64,000 bases of DNA from Lama glama. Taxonomy: Eukaryota. The stretch covers positions 39,372,001 to 39,436,000 of the forward strand of contig CM052817.1 of assembly GCA_028534125.1 (NCBI GenBank). Direction: 5' to 3'. The notes beneath the pieces are model-generated. The model did not search any database. It worked only from the letters and a program-made list of their open reading frames with translations, and had not been told where the DNA came from. Below are positions 48,625-62,300 of this stretch, piece by piece (positions within the stretch are counted from its first letter, which is position 1; every line of letters starts with the position of its first letter). Both the position numbers and the translations under genes were made by a program.

Positions 48625-49318
48625 TCCTCCACTGTTGGTGGGAATGTTGTTTGGTGCAGCCATTAAGGTAAACAGTATGGAGATTCCTCAAAAAATTGAA
48701 AACAGATTTGCCCTATGATCCAGCAATCCCACTCCTGGGCATATATCGGGAGGAAATCTAATTTGAAAAGATACATGCACCCCAATGTTCATAGTAGCAG
48801 TATTTACAGTAGCCAAGACATGGAAGCAACTTAAATGTCCATCAACAAATGACTGGATAAAGAAGTTATGGAATGCTACTCAGCAACAAAAAAAGAACAA
48901 AATAATATCATTTGCAGAAACGTGGATGGCCCTGCAGATAACCATTCTAAGTGAAGTAAGCCAGAAAGAGAAAGAAAAATACCATGTGCTATCAATTTTA
49001 TGTGGAATCTAAAAAGGGACACAAATGAACTTACTTATAAAACAGAGACAGACTCACAGACAAAGAAAATAAATCTATGGTTACCAGTGGGGAAAGACGA
49101 TGAGGAGGGATAAATTGGGGGTTCAGGATTAGCAGATACAAATTATTATATATAAAATTGATAAACAACAAGGTCCTACTGTATAGCACAGGGAACTATA
49201 TTCAATATCTTGTAATAGTCTATAATGAATAAGAATATGAAAAGGAATATATATGTACAACTGATTACTATGCTGTACATTAGAAATTAACACATTGTAA
49301 ATTGACTATATCTCAATA

Positions 49319-49349
<31 letters not shown>
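48625..49349 (+). mobile_element. Artiodactyl/camelid L1, 3' ~0.7 kb, with (AAAT)n tail
   Basis: CACTGTTGGTGGGAATG...TATGATCCAGCAATCCCACTCCTGGGCATATATC...GCACAGGGAACTATATTCAATATCTTGTAA; ORF track 48785-49012 MFIVAVFTVAKTWKQLKCPS is the ORF2 C-terminus. Confidence 0.95.
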
Positions 49350-49350
<1 letters not shown>

Positions 49351-50039
49351 CTGTTCTTAATAAAAATTAAAGTAACAGTAGAGTGGGATGAAATTGTACT
49401 CAGTTAATAGCAAAAGATTACCATTCTTTGAAACCAAGATCAAATTCAAGAAAATGGGAATTCCAGATTCTTTTGTAATTTGGATAATTATCTAAATGGA
49501 TTTGAGTTCTGTGATTACTATATGGATTATCCTAATTGTAGTTATCATTGCTCATTAATGTACTCACTGAAAATATTTGATATTTAAAATAACTGGAGTA
49601 GCATTTCTGATATTTGCTGTGCTCTTTCTCCTTAGTAGGTATATTTTCAGGATGTATGTGTGTGTGTTTAGCTACATTAACCATGTGAAGATAACAACTC
49701 TATCCACCACTGAAAACCCACTTGATATCCCACCCAACCACTGAGTCACGGACAAATGATGAAATCTAGTTCAATTAAAACTTTTTGATATCTGTTTTAT
49801 GTTAGGACTCTTCTCTTGACTCAATAGCATTCTCTTATGTGTGTTCTTATCCAAATTACTTAGTTTTAACCTACTTAGGTTCATGCCCCTCTTTGGAATT
49901 ATGATGAAATCTAAGGACACGTTCCCTTGAAAAATGCTTGTAAATTCACACAGATTGACTCTCCACACAAACTCAGTGGGGGTGTGGCATTTAACATAAT
50001 GGAAGAGACAGGTGAGATGAGAATGATGGGTCTATGGGC

Positions 50040-50250
50040 ACATGGACAACACATTCACTTGTTTTTTGCCATGTGTGAATGTAGCACAATTGTAGTCCTT
50101 TTGCTCTAAGAAAAGAAAGAAATTCAGACCTTCATGTGGAATCTCCAGATTTTTGAGTATTGATAACTAATTAATTTTTTAAACATAAGATAGGCCAAAC
50201 ATATTTTAGAGCCCAGAGAGCTAGTGAGCCTTCAGGCATGTGATCTCTTC
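50040..50250 (+). mobile_element. MER102-like fragment
   Basis: TTGCCATGTGTGAATGTAG...GAAATTCAGACCTTCATGTGGAATCTCCAGATTTTT..ATAACTAATT...GGCCAAAC. Confidence 0.6.
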
Positions 50251-50499
50251 CCAGGAATTCCAGCAATAGAATTGCTACAACCATTCCTAGGAGAGCCACT
50301 CCCACTTGCCTTCAAGAGGGGGACGAACTGACAGCAACAGGTTTCAATTCAGTAACTTGTGAGGGATATCAAGGGATTCCTCTAATTACATAGATTTTCT
50401 CATAATCTCAAATTCACAAACCAATATTTCTGATGTGTTCTGTTCCCACAGGTTCTCCCATCCTACCTCAAATATCTTCCAAATTTCCAGGGTACATAC

Positions 50500-51010
50500 A
50501 CAATATATATTTACTTGGGGTGTATCACTTCCAGGCTCTGTGCTTGGCATTGGACATACAATGACAATAAACACAGCTCTTCCTTTGTGGGCGACCACAG
50601 TCTAGTGAAACTAGAAACATTGTATGACATAAGTGATGTTGTAATAGATTATATACCAAGGTACAATAGAAGCACGAAAAAGAAAGGGGGCAACTCTATG
50701 TAGGAATCCATGAAAGATTTCACAGAAGAGCAAATTCTTGGGAAGAAGTCACCAAGCAGAGAAGGAGAGGATATATGTTCCAGACTGAGGAGGAAAATGT
50801 GTGAAGGCAAAAAGGAGGGAAACAGGACAGAGCAACACAAGTGCTTTGGAAAGTAGCAAGAAATTTTATATGGCTACCGTGAAAGTACAGGATTATAGCT
50901 ACAGAGATGGGTGGGGGCCTTGAATGCTCTACATGCCATCCTAAGAAGTTGAGTCTTTCCTGTTCAAGATGGTTAGAAGTAGGGTAGTGACATGATAAAT
51001 TACGGATATT
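50500..51010 (-). mobile_element. L2 3' portion
   Basis: CCAGGCTCTGTGCTTGGCATTGGACATACAATGACAATAA..CACAGTCTAGTG...ATGCCATCCTAAGAAGTTGAGTCTTT. Confidence 0.75.
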
Positions 51011-52479
51011 CAAGTATGACTCCATATGTCCCACTTCTTCCTGGCAGTTAGGCACACTGAGTCTCATCACAGGCCATCCCCACTCGGGGTGGCCCATCTG
51101 TATACAAAGAAATGTGTGCAAGCAGCTTGGTCCCACATCCCATGAGGTTTCATTTCCTTGAGGCTGTTTTCAAGCTGACACAACCAAAACAGCAGCAAGC
51201 TGCATTTTCAGACTAAGCAGAATTAAGGGAGGAAAAAGAAAGAAAAGTGAAAACAGGCATATTTGCTGTCAGTGAGAGAAGAAAAGAATAAGTGAAGTTA
51301 GTCCACATGGAGAGACATTTGAAATGAAACTCCAGAACTGGCCTCATTAGAGAGCCACGAGAACCTGCACCCCTTCGCTCCGCCTGGCTACTTCTGCAAT
51401 AATTTGCTAGTTTTATTTAGGAATCTCTCTAGCTGGGGATGGAGCCTCTTACATTTGTCAAGTACCAGCAGTACATAAATGGAATAGCATTATAGAACAA
51501 CAGACAGATACCTGCACCTATGCATATTAGTGATGTGCTAACATCTCTCTGTGGTTCAGAATGCGTAACGAGCTTTCTCTCTGCCAAGTGCTCAACGGCA
51601 CAATAAAGGTAACGTGTGTAATCACACCTTCATAATAAATGCAATCTAGTCAGCAAAAGCCACCCAGGGTAGCAGGGAAAAGAAATCTTGAAAATGCGTT
51701 TATTTTATTGCTTACTCCTCCATGTGAGTTTTGGCTCCCTACTGGCCACTGATGGAGAGCTAGTTTATGTGACAGGGGGCCTGAAGCTGACTGAAAAGGA
51801 ACCTATTGTGTTTCTTCCTTTTTAAAAAAAATAAATAAATAAACACAGCATTTTAAAAGTCAACTGAGTTCAGACTCTTTCCTCCATGAGCGTAAATGCA
51901 TAGTAATAGAGCCCAAATCCTTGTCAGAGAGAGGCTGCGTTACAGGAAAGGGGGGAAGAGAGATCGCTGCCAGAACCAAAACCATTCCTTGAATCCCATT
52001 CACATCTGAAAACCTAAGAGCTTTCTCCTCCCTGCCACGTCATGCTTTTCTGCTGCCTATCCAAAAGCATGAGTCTTCTCCATGATTTTTTATCACCATA
52101 CAAGGGAACCAGTCACTTCAGAAACCCCAAACGTTTCTGATTATTGCCTGCAAAATCACATGTGGTTGATATCTAGGCTGGAGTTCCCAATAAACCTTAT
52201 TCTACTGGAGAAGATAACTGTAGCCTCACTAGAAATTTGCTTGAAATTTATATTCTAAGGGAGATTGCACAGGTCAAAGAGGAAGAATGCATGATGACAT
52301 CAACTTAATCTTTCCACCCGTTTGCTTTCAGCTTTATTCTAAGAAATGTAATTGCAATCAAATAATATTATAGCTAAACATTAATAATACATAATATAAT
52401 CATACTACATATGTCATATATAAAATATCATAGTAATTAATATATTTATATATAATTACATGTTACATAATTATATTGG

Positions 52480-53800
52480 TAACCAACAGAATAAGCAGAT
52501 AAAAAAAAAACAGTAAGGATACAGAATTGGACAAGATTAACAAACCTGAACTAATTGACATGACAGTACGACATCCAACGGATGCAACTGACACATCCCT
52601 TTCCAAACTCACACAGAATATTTTTACCAAATTTTACCAAATGATTAGCTATAAAGTAGACTTCAAAACATCCCAAAGAATCTTAATCATTCGAATATAT
52701 CCTGTTTAACACAACAGAAGAATTATTTAAAGTAGAAATCATTAATAAAAGAATATCTTTTAAAAACCCAAATGTTTGGAAATTCAGCTGAGCACATATA
52801 AGAAACTGAAAGGTCAAGGAAGAAATTTCAGTGGAAATTAGAAAGTATTTTTGACTTACAAAATTATATAATATACTGAAACGTGTGGGCTTTAGCTACA
52901 ACAGTGTATAGAGGACAACTTATAGCCTTATTTACATTTACTAGAAAAGTTGAAACTTAATGATCTAAATATCAATCTCAAAAAGTTAAAAGAGCAGCAA
53001 ATTTTGTATGAAGGAGGTAAAAAGGATGAAAATAATAGAGACAACAGCAGAAGTTAACTAAATAAAAACATACTTGCAATAGAGAAAATCAACAAGCTAA
53101 AAATTAGTCTTTTAAAAATAAACCAATGAAAGACAAAATTGATACATCTAGGAAAGACTGATCAAGAAAAAAAGTAAAAATTATCAGTATCAAATATGAA
53201 AAAAGGGATTTTCTTTCTACAGAAAGTAAAGGGTATGCTAACATTCAATAATTCAGATTAAATGGATAAAATCCTAAAAAAAAAAAACACATCTTACCAA
53301 AACTGACACAAGAAGGAAAATAAAATCACAAGAAGAAAAAAAATCATGCATTTTTCCTCTTTGACCTGTACAATCTCCCTTAGAATACAAATTTCAAGTT
53401 TTAAACCTTCCCCCAAAGAAATCTTCAGGCTCAAATGGCTAGTAGTGAACTCTTCTTACCATTTAAGGAAGAAATTAGCACCAATCTTAAACTCCTCCAA
53501 AGAATAACAAAATGAAAATACTCTGCAATTCATTTTATGAGGCCATTATAAACCTAACATTAAAAGATATCAAGGACATTATAAATAAAGTATAAGACAA
53601 TCGCTCTCATAAACATAGATCCTAAAGAAATACTAACAAATTGAATCTAAGTGATATTTTTTTAAAAGATTATACATTATGATCAAATTGAGTTCCTTGC
53701 AGGAATGAAAGGATGATTTAATATTTGAAAATCAATAAACATAATTCACCAGATTCACAAAATAAAGGAGAAAACTCTTATGATCATCAATAGATTTTCC
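52480..53800 (+). mobile_element. Ancient L1M ORF2 fragment (endonuclease end to RT start)
   Basis: CAGTAAGGATACAGAA..CTAATTGACAT; GGAAATTAGAAAGTATTT; ATAGAGAAAATCAACAA; CTTACCAAAACTGACACAAGAAG; TCATTTTATGAGGCCA; AGGAATGAAAGGATGATTTAATATTTGAAAATCAAT. Confidence 0.9.
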
Positions 53801-54829
53801 TAAATTAGATTCATATTTATTTAAGCCACCATAAATAATTCCTACCATCTAATAAGTACATACTCAAAATTGTATTTGTTTGTTTTCCTTCCTCTCTGTA
53901 TTTCATGGCTAGAGTCTTCTGATGCCACTCACATTAATAGGTTAAACTCTACAGAAGATCAGCTATGATCATTTTCATTTAATTCTCAGTCAAACACTGC
54001 ATTTTCCCACTGACTATGAAATGATTTCCAAAGTCTCTTTCTTTCCCTGTTATTCAAATTGCTCTACGATATGGCTCAATTTATCTTTTGTGTTTTTTCC
54101 CAAGATTCCACCAAGCATTTTACATACTTTGATTTGCTTAGTTGAAAAGTGTGTTGGAAACAATGATGAATTCACTGTAGAGAATTTGATGGGCACATCA
54201 CCCTTGACCTCTTCCATTGTTCCCCATATAAATATACACATAAATAAATTCTCTAGAGGAACTGGCATGTTTTCTCCAAATGTGAAATGAGACCTAAGCA
54301 ATTAACCAGTTTCCCTTTTCATATTGGTCACCAGAAATTTAAAAGTCATATTCAAATCTAGTGACTGTGTAGGATTTTAGAATTTTCTTGTCTGTATCTA
54401 TTTCCCTTCTTGTCAGTTTCTTTGTGTTGGTATTGAACTTTTATTATAAAATATATATTTATCTCCCCATTATTTTCCTTATAAAAATTATTTTTAACAA
54501 TATTTCTTTTATAAATGGTCTATATCCCTCATAGAATGATGTGAAACAGGTAAGAAAATATCAAATTCCAATCTGGATGAACATATTTTAAGCTTTCAAA
54601 TTTCTGGGCCTTTCTTCTTGATTTTTTTTCCTTAACCTAAATTATTCCCACATGACTATCACCACCCTGTTACCTAAAATATTTTACTCGTTTTACTCTA
54701 TTGATCAAAATTGCATCCTTCCTTCAATGCTCATTTTGGATGTTGGCTTTCTCATAAAATTCACTGAAGCAAATGCAATTTGTATGAAGTTCACCTTCAA
54801 GTAACAGAAAACTTGTTGAATTTCTCTTA

Positions 54830-55225
54830 CTCTGAACTCCTCCATGTGTTGGCTTTTTCCTCAGACTGGTGTTGAGATGGCTACAGCAGTACCAACTGTC
54901 ACATCCAGTCATGGCAACATGCAAAGGAACAAAAAGCATCTATTCCTTCTCTTGCTAGAGGGAGAGGATATGGTTCCCAGAGTCCTCTCCCACAAGCATT
55001 ATTAGCCAGAGTTGGGGCATAACCATTCCTGAACTCTGCACAGGAAAGAATAATGGAATTACCATGAGCAGCTTAAGCTAACCACCTTAAATCCTCTGGG
55101 GCTAGACAGGAGGCCAGTTCCCCTGGAACCCATGATCATGTGGAGAAAGTGGACAGTAAGCAAAATCAAGATTTGTTAGGAAGAAAAAAGAGGTGAATTT
55201 GAGTACTGGGTAGACCAAGGGTGAA
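54830..55225 (-). mobile_element. MLT1K/L-like LTR fragment
   Basis: GATGGCTACAGCAG..TCACATCC...CATTATTAGCCAGAGTTGGGGCATAACCATTCCTGAAC...AAAATCAAGATTTGTTAGGAAG..GGGTAGACCAA. Confidence 0.6.
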
Positions 55226-56944
55226 TTCTGTCTTCGTGCTCTCTCCTTCCCAGAATTCCCAGGCCATTCTGTTTGTACCTTCCACAACTCACCTTATGTT
55301 TTCTGTATACTTCCTTCATTTCTGCTTCCTACCAGCATTAAGTTCTTTGAGGGTAGAGACCCATCTGATTGCCCCACTCAGCAACCTGAAGAGGGGTTGG
55401 TCATATTAGCCACTTAATAAGTATAGTTCAACTAAATTAATCTCATTTTTCTCCTGGAAGCCTCGGTACAAAAACTATGTCTCTTGGGATTTACGTCCAT
55501 AGCAGATATTTTTGTGTAGCTTCATATTTTGACTTGGAGTGCTTGCCACCCACTGGTCCACACTTACAAAGACGCTGCTCATCCCACCTTGGGTGGGGTA
55601 AGTCCTGTGCTTTGATTTTCCCACAGAAAAAGCACCCCTCATTTGTCAACATGCACTCACTCACCTCGTTCCCTTTTTGGTTCATTTGTAGATTGGCTGG
55701 CAGGGGCTGAGTGCAAACTGAGGCTAAAGGACAAAGCCTTTCTCTGTGCAAAGATGACTGGCTCACACCTGGATCAAGCTTGTGGCCCAGGCCTCATTAG
55801 CACCATATTCTAATCCTGCAGAGAGCTCCCCGCTAGACCTCTAAGAGCAGCAGACACTGTGCCCTACAGTGGCCAGGAGGAGCCGGGGAACATCTGGTAG
55901 ACCATAGGGTGGCTGCAAAATATTCAATGTTTGAAGAAAGGAATCCCCCCGACCTCGCCAGGCCCCAGAGATACAGCATTTGAAGAAAGACGTCTCCTCA
56001 CTCAAAGCCGCTCTCTTCCCACCCACCCTGGCAGCAACAGTAAAACTTTAAATAATCTCAGTGGTTCTTTTCCTCCCACAGCATGAATACAATCTGAGTA
56101 TAAGCAGGCTGTTGTTCCCAGGATCCAATGAAATATTTTATTTATTTCGATTAGAAATCATCCTAATCAGCTCATTTGAAAAAGAGTACCCTGGAATGCA
56201 CAAACACCACTCTATTCCCTATAATAGAAGAAAAGATACATTCTCATGTGGAAGAGAGGCAAAACAAATAAAAAAATTCCTAGCTAAATTCCTGAGAAGC
56301 AAACTTAACCAAATTTCCAACAACTGCTTTGACTAAAAATACCAGATTCCATGTTAAAGATACGGGAGCACTTTTATGCATTAATATCTGCCCAGCTCAC
56401 AGAGGCAGAGTAATCATTATGCATTCCCCAAAAGTGTTTGGGGACTAACAAAAAGCAGAAAAATCCTCTGGGGTGCCCACCAAAAAAGATGACTTCTGGG
56501 AATGTCAGACTAGAATCAGGACCGTAAGATTTGTTTGAAAGTTTAGAGTTTAAATCTACACTGCTCCATTCAGCCCATCTCTCAGAAGTTGAAGATGCCT
56601 GTTTCCTTTGACCCAACAGAACACAGGAAACCAGAGCCAGTGCTAAATTGTTTCAAGGTGGCACTGTCAAGCAGGGCTGAGCGTGTGTCCCCAACCTGTT
56701 TTCTTACATTGGCTTCCTTGTACTACAAAGTCTTCTAGCTTTACTTTTGGACAGCAAGGTTCAGACAAGGGACCTAAAGCAAAAAATTTTTAAAAAAAAG
56801 GGGGTTGTGGAAAGATGAATTCTTATAGGTAACTAATATTTGTGCTTCTCTGAAAAATAATATGTTCCATCTGCTAGAGCTGAAACTAGGAAATCTAGGT
56901 ACCAGTAGTCTAATGAAAAATGAAAGAATGAAGGAGAAAATGAA

Positions 56945-57140
56945 TATAGTTCAGGCTCTAACTGGCACTATGACATTAGATAAGGTACTTAGCCTCTCTG
57001 AGTCTCAATTTCCTTATTCATAATCTGTAGCAGTAGTTTCTTCTTTGTAATGTAAGGAGGATTAGATGCGGTAACCTGTGTATTTTGTTTAACACAATGC
57101 TTAACTGTAATAATCCAAGAAATATCATTACTGTAATTAT
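56945..57140 (+). mobile_element. MIR
   Basis: TATGACATTAGATAAGGTACTTAGCCTCTCTGAGTCTCAATTTCCTTATTCATAA...GAGGATTAGATG. Confidence 0.75.
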
Positions 57141-57767
57141 CACAATGGCTGGGCTTCCTGTTTCTGTGGTATTAGGGCTCTTGTCATGGAAAAGGAGTGA
57201 AGGGATAGGATATAGCAACTTTAAACCTACTGACCACAGAGATATGTCTTGAAAACTAAATCATCCTCAGTAAAAAGTTATTCCATACCAGAGAGACATT
57301 ATTAACTGGGTCATGGCAAAAAAGAAGGAAAAAAAAAAAAGAAGCCTCCAGCCCTGACGAAACCCAAATTGTTACTGAAGACAGCAAGTAGCCAGTCAAC
57401 AGCCCATTATCTTGATACAGAGATTTAACCAAAAGCTGGATCCACTGGCTGAAGATCAGAACTGGATCTTGATGAAGCAGCAAGTGGCAATAGCCTGACT
57501 GAGGGGAAAGAATCTCCACACCCAGCCCTCAGCTGAATGTCACAGTGCCTGACCTTGGGGAGGGAACACCCAGACTGCAAAGCCTCATCTAGAGAGCTGG
57601 GCTGAGGAAGGTTCAAAGGATACTTGATTTTCAACATGCCCAAAGTCAACATTTGGGGAAGAATCCTAGTCTCTCTTCTCTCATGCTCCCCTCTCTAACA
57701 CATCTGCTTTATTCACTCGAGTTCCAGACCCTCCCATACACCACAGACCCACGCATACGCACTCTAA

Positions 57768-57990
57768 AAATAGCTAACACTCGCATACTGCTTACCACGT
57801 GCTTGGCACAATTCTAATGTTGTATGACTATTAATTCATTTAATAATCAGATCATTTATAGTCCCATTTTTACCTAATAAAACTGAGGTACAGAGAGATT
57901 AATTAACTTGCCTAAGGTCACAGAGGTGACAAAGCACAGAGCCATTATTGAAGGTGGACAGTCTGGCTCCAGAGTCTGTGATCTTAATAT
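57768..57990 (-). mobile_element. MIR
   Basis: CCCATTTTTACCTAATAAAACTGAGGTACAGAGAGATTAATTAACTTGCCTAAGGTCACAGAG...CAGTCTGGCTCCAGAGTCTG. Confidence 0.9.
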
Positions 57991-58417
57991 GGTCGCTCTG
58001 TTAGATGAAATGTGAAGTAAATACTACAAATATTCATAACTCACTCAACAAATATTCATTAAGTCCTGCAAAATTAGATAAAAAACAAGTAAATTCTTCA
58101 ACCTCAAAGATCTTCGAATCTGGTAAATATGATAACTGCCATACGTAAATGACTACAATGAAAAGTAACAAGCACTAAGTGATAGTGATTTGGGGTTTCA
58201 GGAAAGAAGAAATTACTCCTGTCTGGGATGAGAAAAGTTTCTATAGGAAAGTCAAGATTTAAGTTTGGCTCTGAAGAAAGGGTCAAATACTCAGAGATGT
58301 CATGAAAAGACATTATAAGACTCATTTTTATTCATCACTGACATGAGAATCACCTGAGAACATTTTTTAAAATACTGATGCTTGAATTAATATTGATTAA
58401 AAAGACTGATGCCTGAA

Positions 58418-58660
58418 AGAGTTAGTGTCAGAATGATGACTTGTGAAAAAGAGTCCACCAGCCATTGTTGACTTCGAAGATGAAAGGAAGCCACACATCA
58501 AGTAATGCAGGAAGCCTCTAGAAGCTGGAAAGGGCAGGGAAACGTTCTCCTCAAGAGCCTCCTGAGAGACATGCAACTCTGCTGACGTCTTGATTTTAGC
58601 CTGTGAGACCCATTTTGGACTCCCAATCTCCAGAATTGTAAGCTAATAAATATGTGTTTT
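58418..58660 (+). mobile_element. MLT1D-like LTR fragment
   Basis: CAGCCATTGTTGACTTCGAAGATG..GCCTCTAGAAGCTGGAAAGGGCAGGGAAAC..CTGCTGACGTCTTGATTTTAGCC..GAGACCCATTTTGGACT..CTCCAGAATTGTAAG.TAATAAAT. Confidence 0.85.
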
Positions 58661-58677
58661 TTTTTTTAATACTGTTG

Positions 58678-59350
58678 GCTGAGATATCCCTACACATTCA
58701 CTAGCACAGATAAAGTTAAACAGTCAAAAAATGCCAAGCGTGGTAAGGATGTGGAACAAATGGACTTCTCACACGCTGCTAGTAGGACTGGAAATGGTAC
58801 AGCCACTCTGAGAAGCAATATGGCAGTATCTACAAAGGAAGACCTAGACTCACCATATGACCCAGCAATCTCACTCCTGCAAAAATGAAAACATTTGTCC
58901 ATACAAAGACTGTTGCAAATATCCCTGGGAACATTATTCATACCAAATAACTGGAAGCAGTTGGTAAAAAGAGAACTAAATTGTGGCTTAGCCCGCACTA
59001 TGGAATTCTACTCAGCAATAAAAAGGGGCAACACGGATGAGTCTCAAAAACATAAATATGTGATATGTAGAAATAGTCAAACCTAAATGAATACACGTTC
59101 TATGATTCCATTTATATGAAATTCTAGAAAAGGCAAAACTTCGGTGACAGAAAGCAGATCAGTGGTTGCCTGAGTTCAAGTGTCAGGGGAGGGGATCAAC
59201 CACAAAGGGGTACAAGGAAGCTTAGGGAGGCAGAACTGTTCCAAGTCTTGACTGTGCTGATGGTTATACCACTGTATACAGTTAACACACTTCATCAGGC
59301 TGTATGGTTAAATGGATGAATTTTATTGTACATAAATTATACTTCAGTTA
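58678..59350 (+). mobile_element. L1ME/MB-like 3' end
   Basis: CCATATGACCCAGCAATCTCACTCCT...TATGATTCCATTTATATGAAATTCTAGAAAAGGCAAAACT..GACAGAAAGCAGATCAGTGGTTGCCT. Confidence 0.85.
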
Positions 59351-62300
59351 GCTGGAACCACATCATAGACCAATTAAATCAGAACCCCTGACAGGTCTGG
59401 GCATCAGTGTTTTTTAGCTCCCTAGGAACTTCTAATATGCAGCCAGAGTGAAGAGCTGCTCCTTGAGAAAAATAAACAGTATGCTCAAATGTATGCATAA
59501 AAATAAATAAATATTATTTTATAAATAATTTTTTAACTTTTGAAAAGAATAAAACTGGGTATCTTCGGGAAACAAAATGATTAGAGCACAGAGTCTACAA
59601 ATACAAATCATTCAAATTAATCTGGAAATATAACCTGGGAAAGACCATGGAAGCCCATGTTTCTTCATAGTGAAAGAATGTTCCAGACTATCCATCAGAA
59701 AGCAAACTTTTCCCTGAAAACTTGTACAGAAATTAATTTCAATTTTTAAAAATGAAAATATTATTAATATTCATTAAGTGTCTGCGAATAGCATCATCAT
59801 TGTTATTGATAATAAATATTCACTTGGACTCTATTGTGTCCACACTAAGGATTACAGTCAAGAAGAGAACTGATTATTATATCGCTTTTGATCTTGAGCA
59901 AGTTCTCTATTTTTAACCTCAATAAATTTCTATTTACTAATCTATAAAGTCAAGTGTTAAGCTAAAGGATGTCACACACCCCTTCCAGCTCCATTTCCTC
60001 ACATGCAAAGGAATTAAACCTAGGAAACAATGCCATGTTGAAAATAATGGAGCAGGGTCCCAAGGGACCTGGATCTGGAAATCAGTCAAGACATGTGACT
60101 GATATTCTTTCTGTCTTCTTATTTCAGGGGCCATACAGTGCCCGTCCTTCCATCTGCTTGCTTCTCCTCATTCTAGACTCATTTGTTCTGCTCACTTATC
60201 TTCCTATGCTCCAAAATGTCAGCTTCAGCTCCCAAGTCTACAGAATCTTTCAGATTGGCTTCCAAAATCTGAGAAAGAATTTTGTCTCTGCTTTCAACCT
60301 AAAGATGGCCCCTACCTCTTTAGGTCTAGTGTCAATTCCTGATGCACTCGTGTCTGGTGGGGTTTAGATTCTAGGGGTGGGAGTGTGGAGCAGGGAGAGT
60401 TTAACATGTAGGACTGCTCCTTCCTGGGCAGCGCAAGCAATGAGACTATCTAGTACCTCAGTGATTGAGTCATTTATTTTTCACTTTCCAGTGTCTTTGA
60501 GGGTTTTCTAATTTTATTATCTGAATATAAGTTCTGGAGATTTTTCTGTGTGTGCACGTGTGTATGCTTCAGGCAACATTCTTCTACTGTTTATTACAAT
60601 TTCTTCTGAAAACAATTATCAAATTATTGATACCAAATTTTTCCAAATATTTGGTTTGCATTTCTTCAATAAAAGGTATTATTTTTTACATCCAACAAGA
60701 AAGGAGTTTTTTGCACCTGGCTGTCTGGCTAAATCAGCAACTCTTTCATTTGTGTAGCAAAATCCCAAGAAAGCAGTAATTGCATGTCTTAAACAGAAAT
60801 GATAATGTTGGAGGTGACATCTGATAGTTTAATACTTAAAACAGCCATAGCTTGAGTATTCTGAGAAACTGAGACATACTTTTCTAGGCAACAATATACC
60901 AAGATGGGTATTTGTTTTTTTCAACCAAAAGCCAAAGTATCATTGATAGAACAAACAACAAGCCAAAAGAAAAACTTCTCATTGCTGCAACAAAAATGTT
61001 TTATAAAATCTAACCTGACAGATGTTTTACAAGTCATGCATTGAATTAGATTTTTCAACTCATGAAACTCTTATAAATACACAGATTGATATAGTAGCAA
61101 ATAGGAACAGAAAAGTCTAGCACTATGGAAATGCAGTTGCCTAAGACAATAAACTTGATTCTGAACAGAGACTAAGTGTTTTTTGAAACTAGTTATGATA
61201 CATGGATGTAAACATAAAACAAGGACTAAGAAAGGGGAGGATACAGACAAGGCAAAGAGGAAACACAGCTCTCCCATGATTTTCATTTACTCTACAGTAA
61301 ATAAAGATTGGTAGTTAAAAAATCAGAACTTAGTTCTACTATTATGTGTGTAACATATAGTAATTGTGTGTGCATATATGTATATACACATAGGTACATG
61401 TGCATGGTTAAGATCATTATCGAGTATATGCTTGGTCGATTAGCTAACCCCTTCTGTTGCCTTCATACAGTTAAAGAACCCCTTCCAGCACCAGGAAGAG
61501 AGCTGAGTGTGCTACCTGCTGTGCACATCCGTGGTCTGTGTCCACTTCTCTGTGTCTGTCTGTCTCTTTCCTTCTCTTTCTCCTAGTTTCAAGAGTAATT
61601 CAGAAATTCTCCCTGGCATTCTCATGCTAAAGCAATTTTCCACAGCAGCATTTAACCTTCCCTTGAGGGTAGATTATGCTCCCATGTCAAAGTCATATCA
61701 AACCTTTGGGGCCATTAACCCTTCTTCAGGCTGTAATGCAGCACTGCCAGTATGAAATATAAAATTGCTCATTAGAAACCAGCAAGGGGAAAAAAGTCCC
61801 CAGTAGACAGAACTAAAAGCCTGGCATCTCTAGATTGCATGCATCATCACAGCATCAGCAGCTGCTTCCTTAGGCACTGGCAGAACTGTAAATCTGAGAG
61901 CGTAGCTATTCATCTACAGTATGGTTAGGAGGAGGCCAGAAAAGGACAGAATGACATAGGCTGAAAAATGGGTTGCTGATCAGCTAAGATTACCATTTAA
62001 CTCCAAAGGTTGTGCTAATATAATCATCCTCTGTCACTGCACAAGGGAAACTTAGGAGGGCCCTAATTACTTTGCTCTTGTTATCCTTTGTTCCCAATCC
62101 AACATTACATCTAACAAATGAATGGGCAGACCATCCACTTATTATATACATAAATTCATATTAGCTAAGATGGCACACATACTTTGATCTTGCCAAGAGG
62201 ATTCTGGGAATTGACAGAAGTTTTTCATCTAAGTCTCCAAAGGCCTGGCCCAGGATACAGGCCTAAGCCATTACTCTTAGAATCAGCTCTGACTATTCCA

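Larger units (their letters stand above)
58335..59462. mobile_element. MER5A-like hAT element split by MLT1D and L1M insertions (MER5 parts ~58335-58385 and ~59352-59462)
   Basis: ACATGAGAATCACCTGAGAAC.TTTTTAAAATACTGATGC // CCACATCATAGACCAATTAAATCAGAACC...GGCATCAGTGTTTTTTAGCTCCC..TTCTAATATGCAGCCAGAGTGAAGAGC. Confidence 0.75.

Noticed and set aside
55858..55876. CTCF-like TGCCCTACAGTGGCCA
   Set aside because: Two mismatches at core positions of the motif
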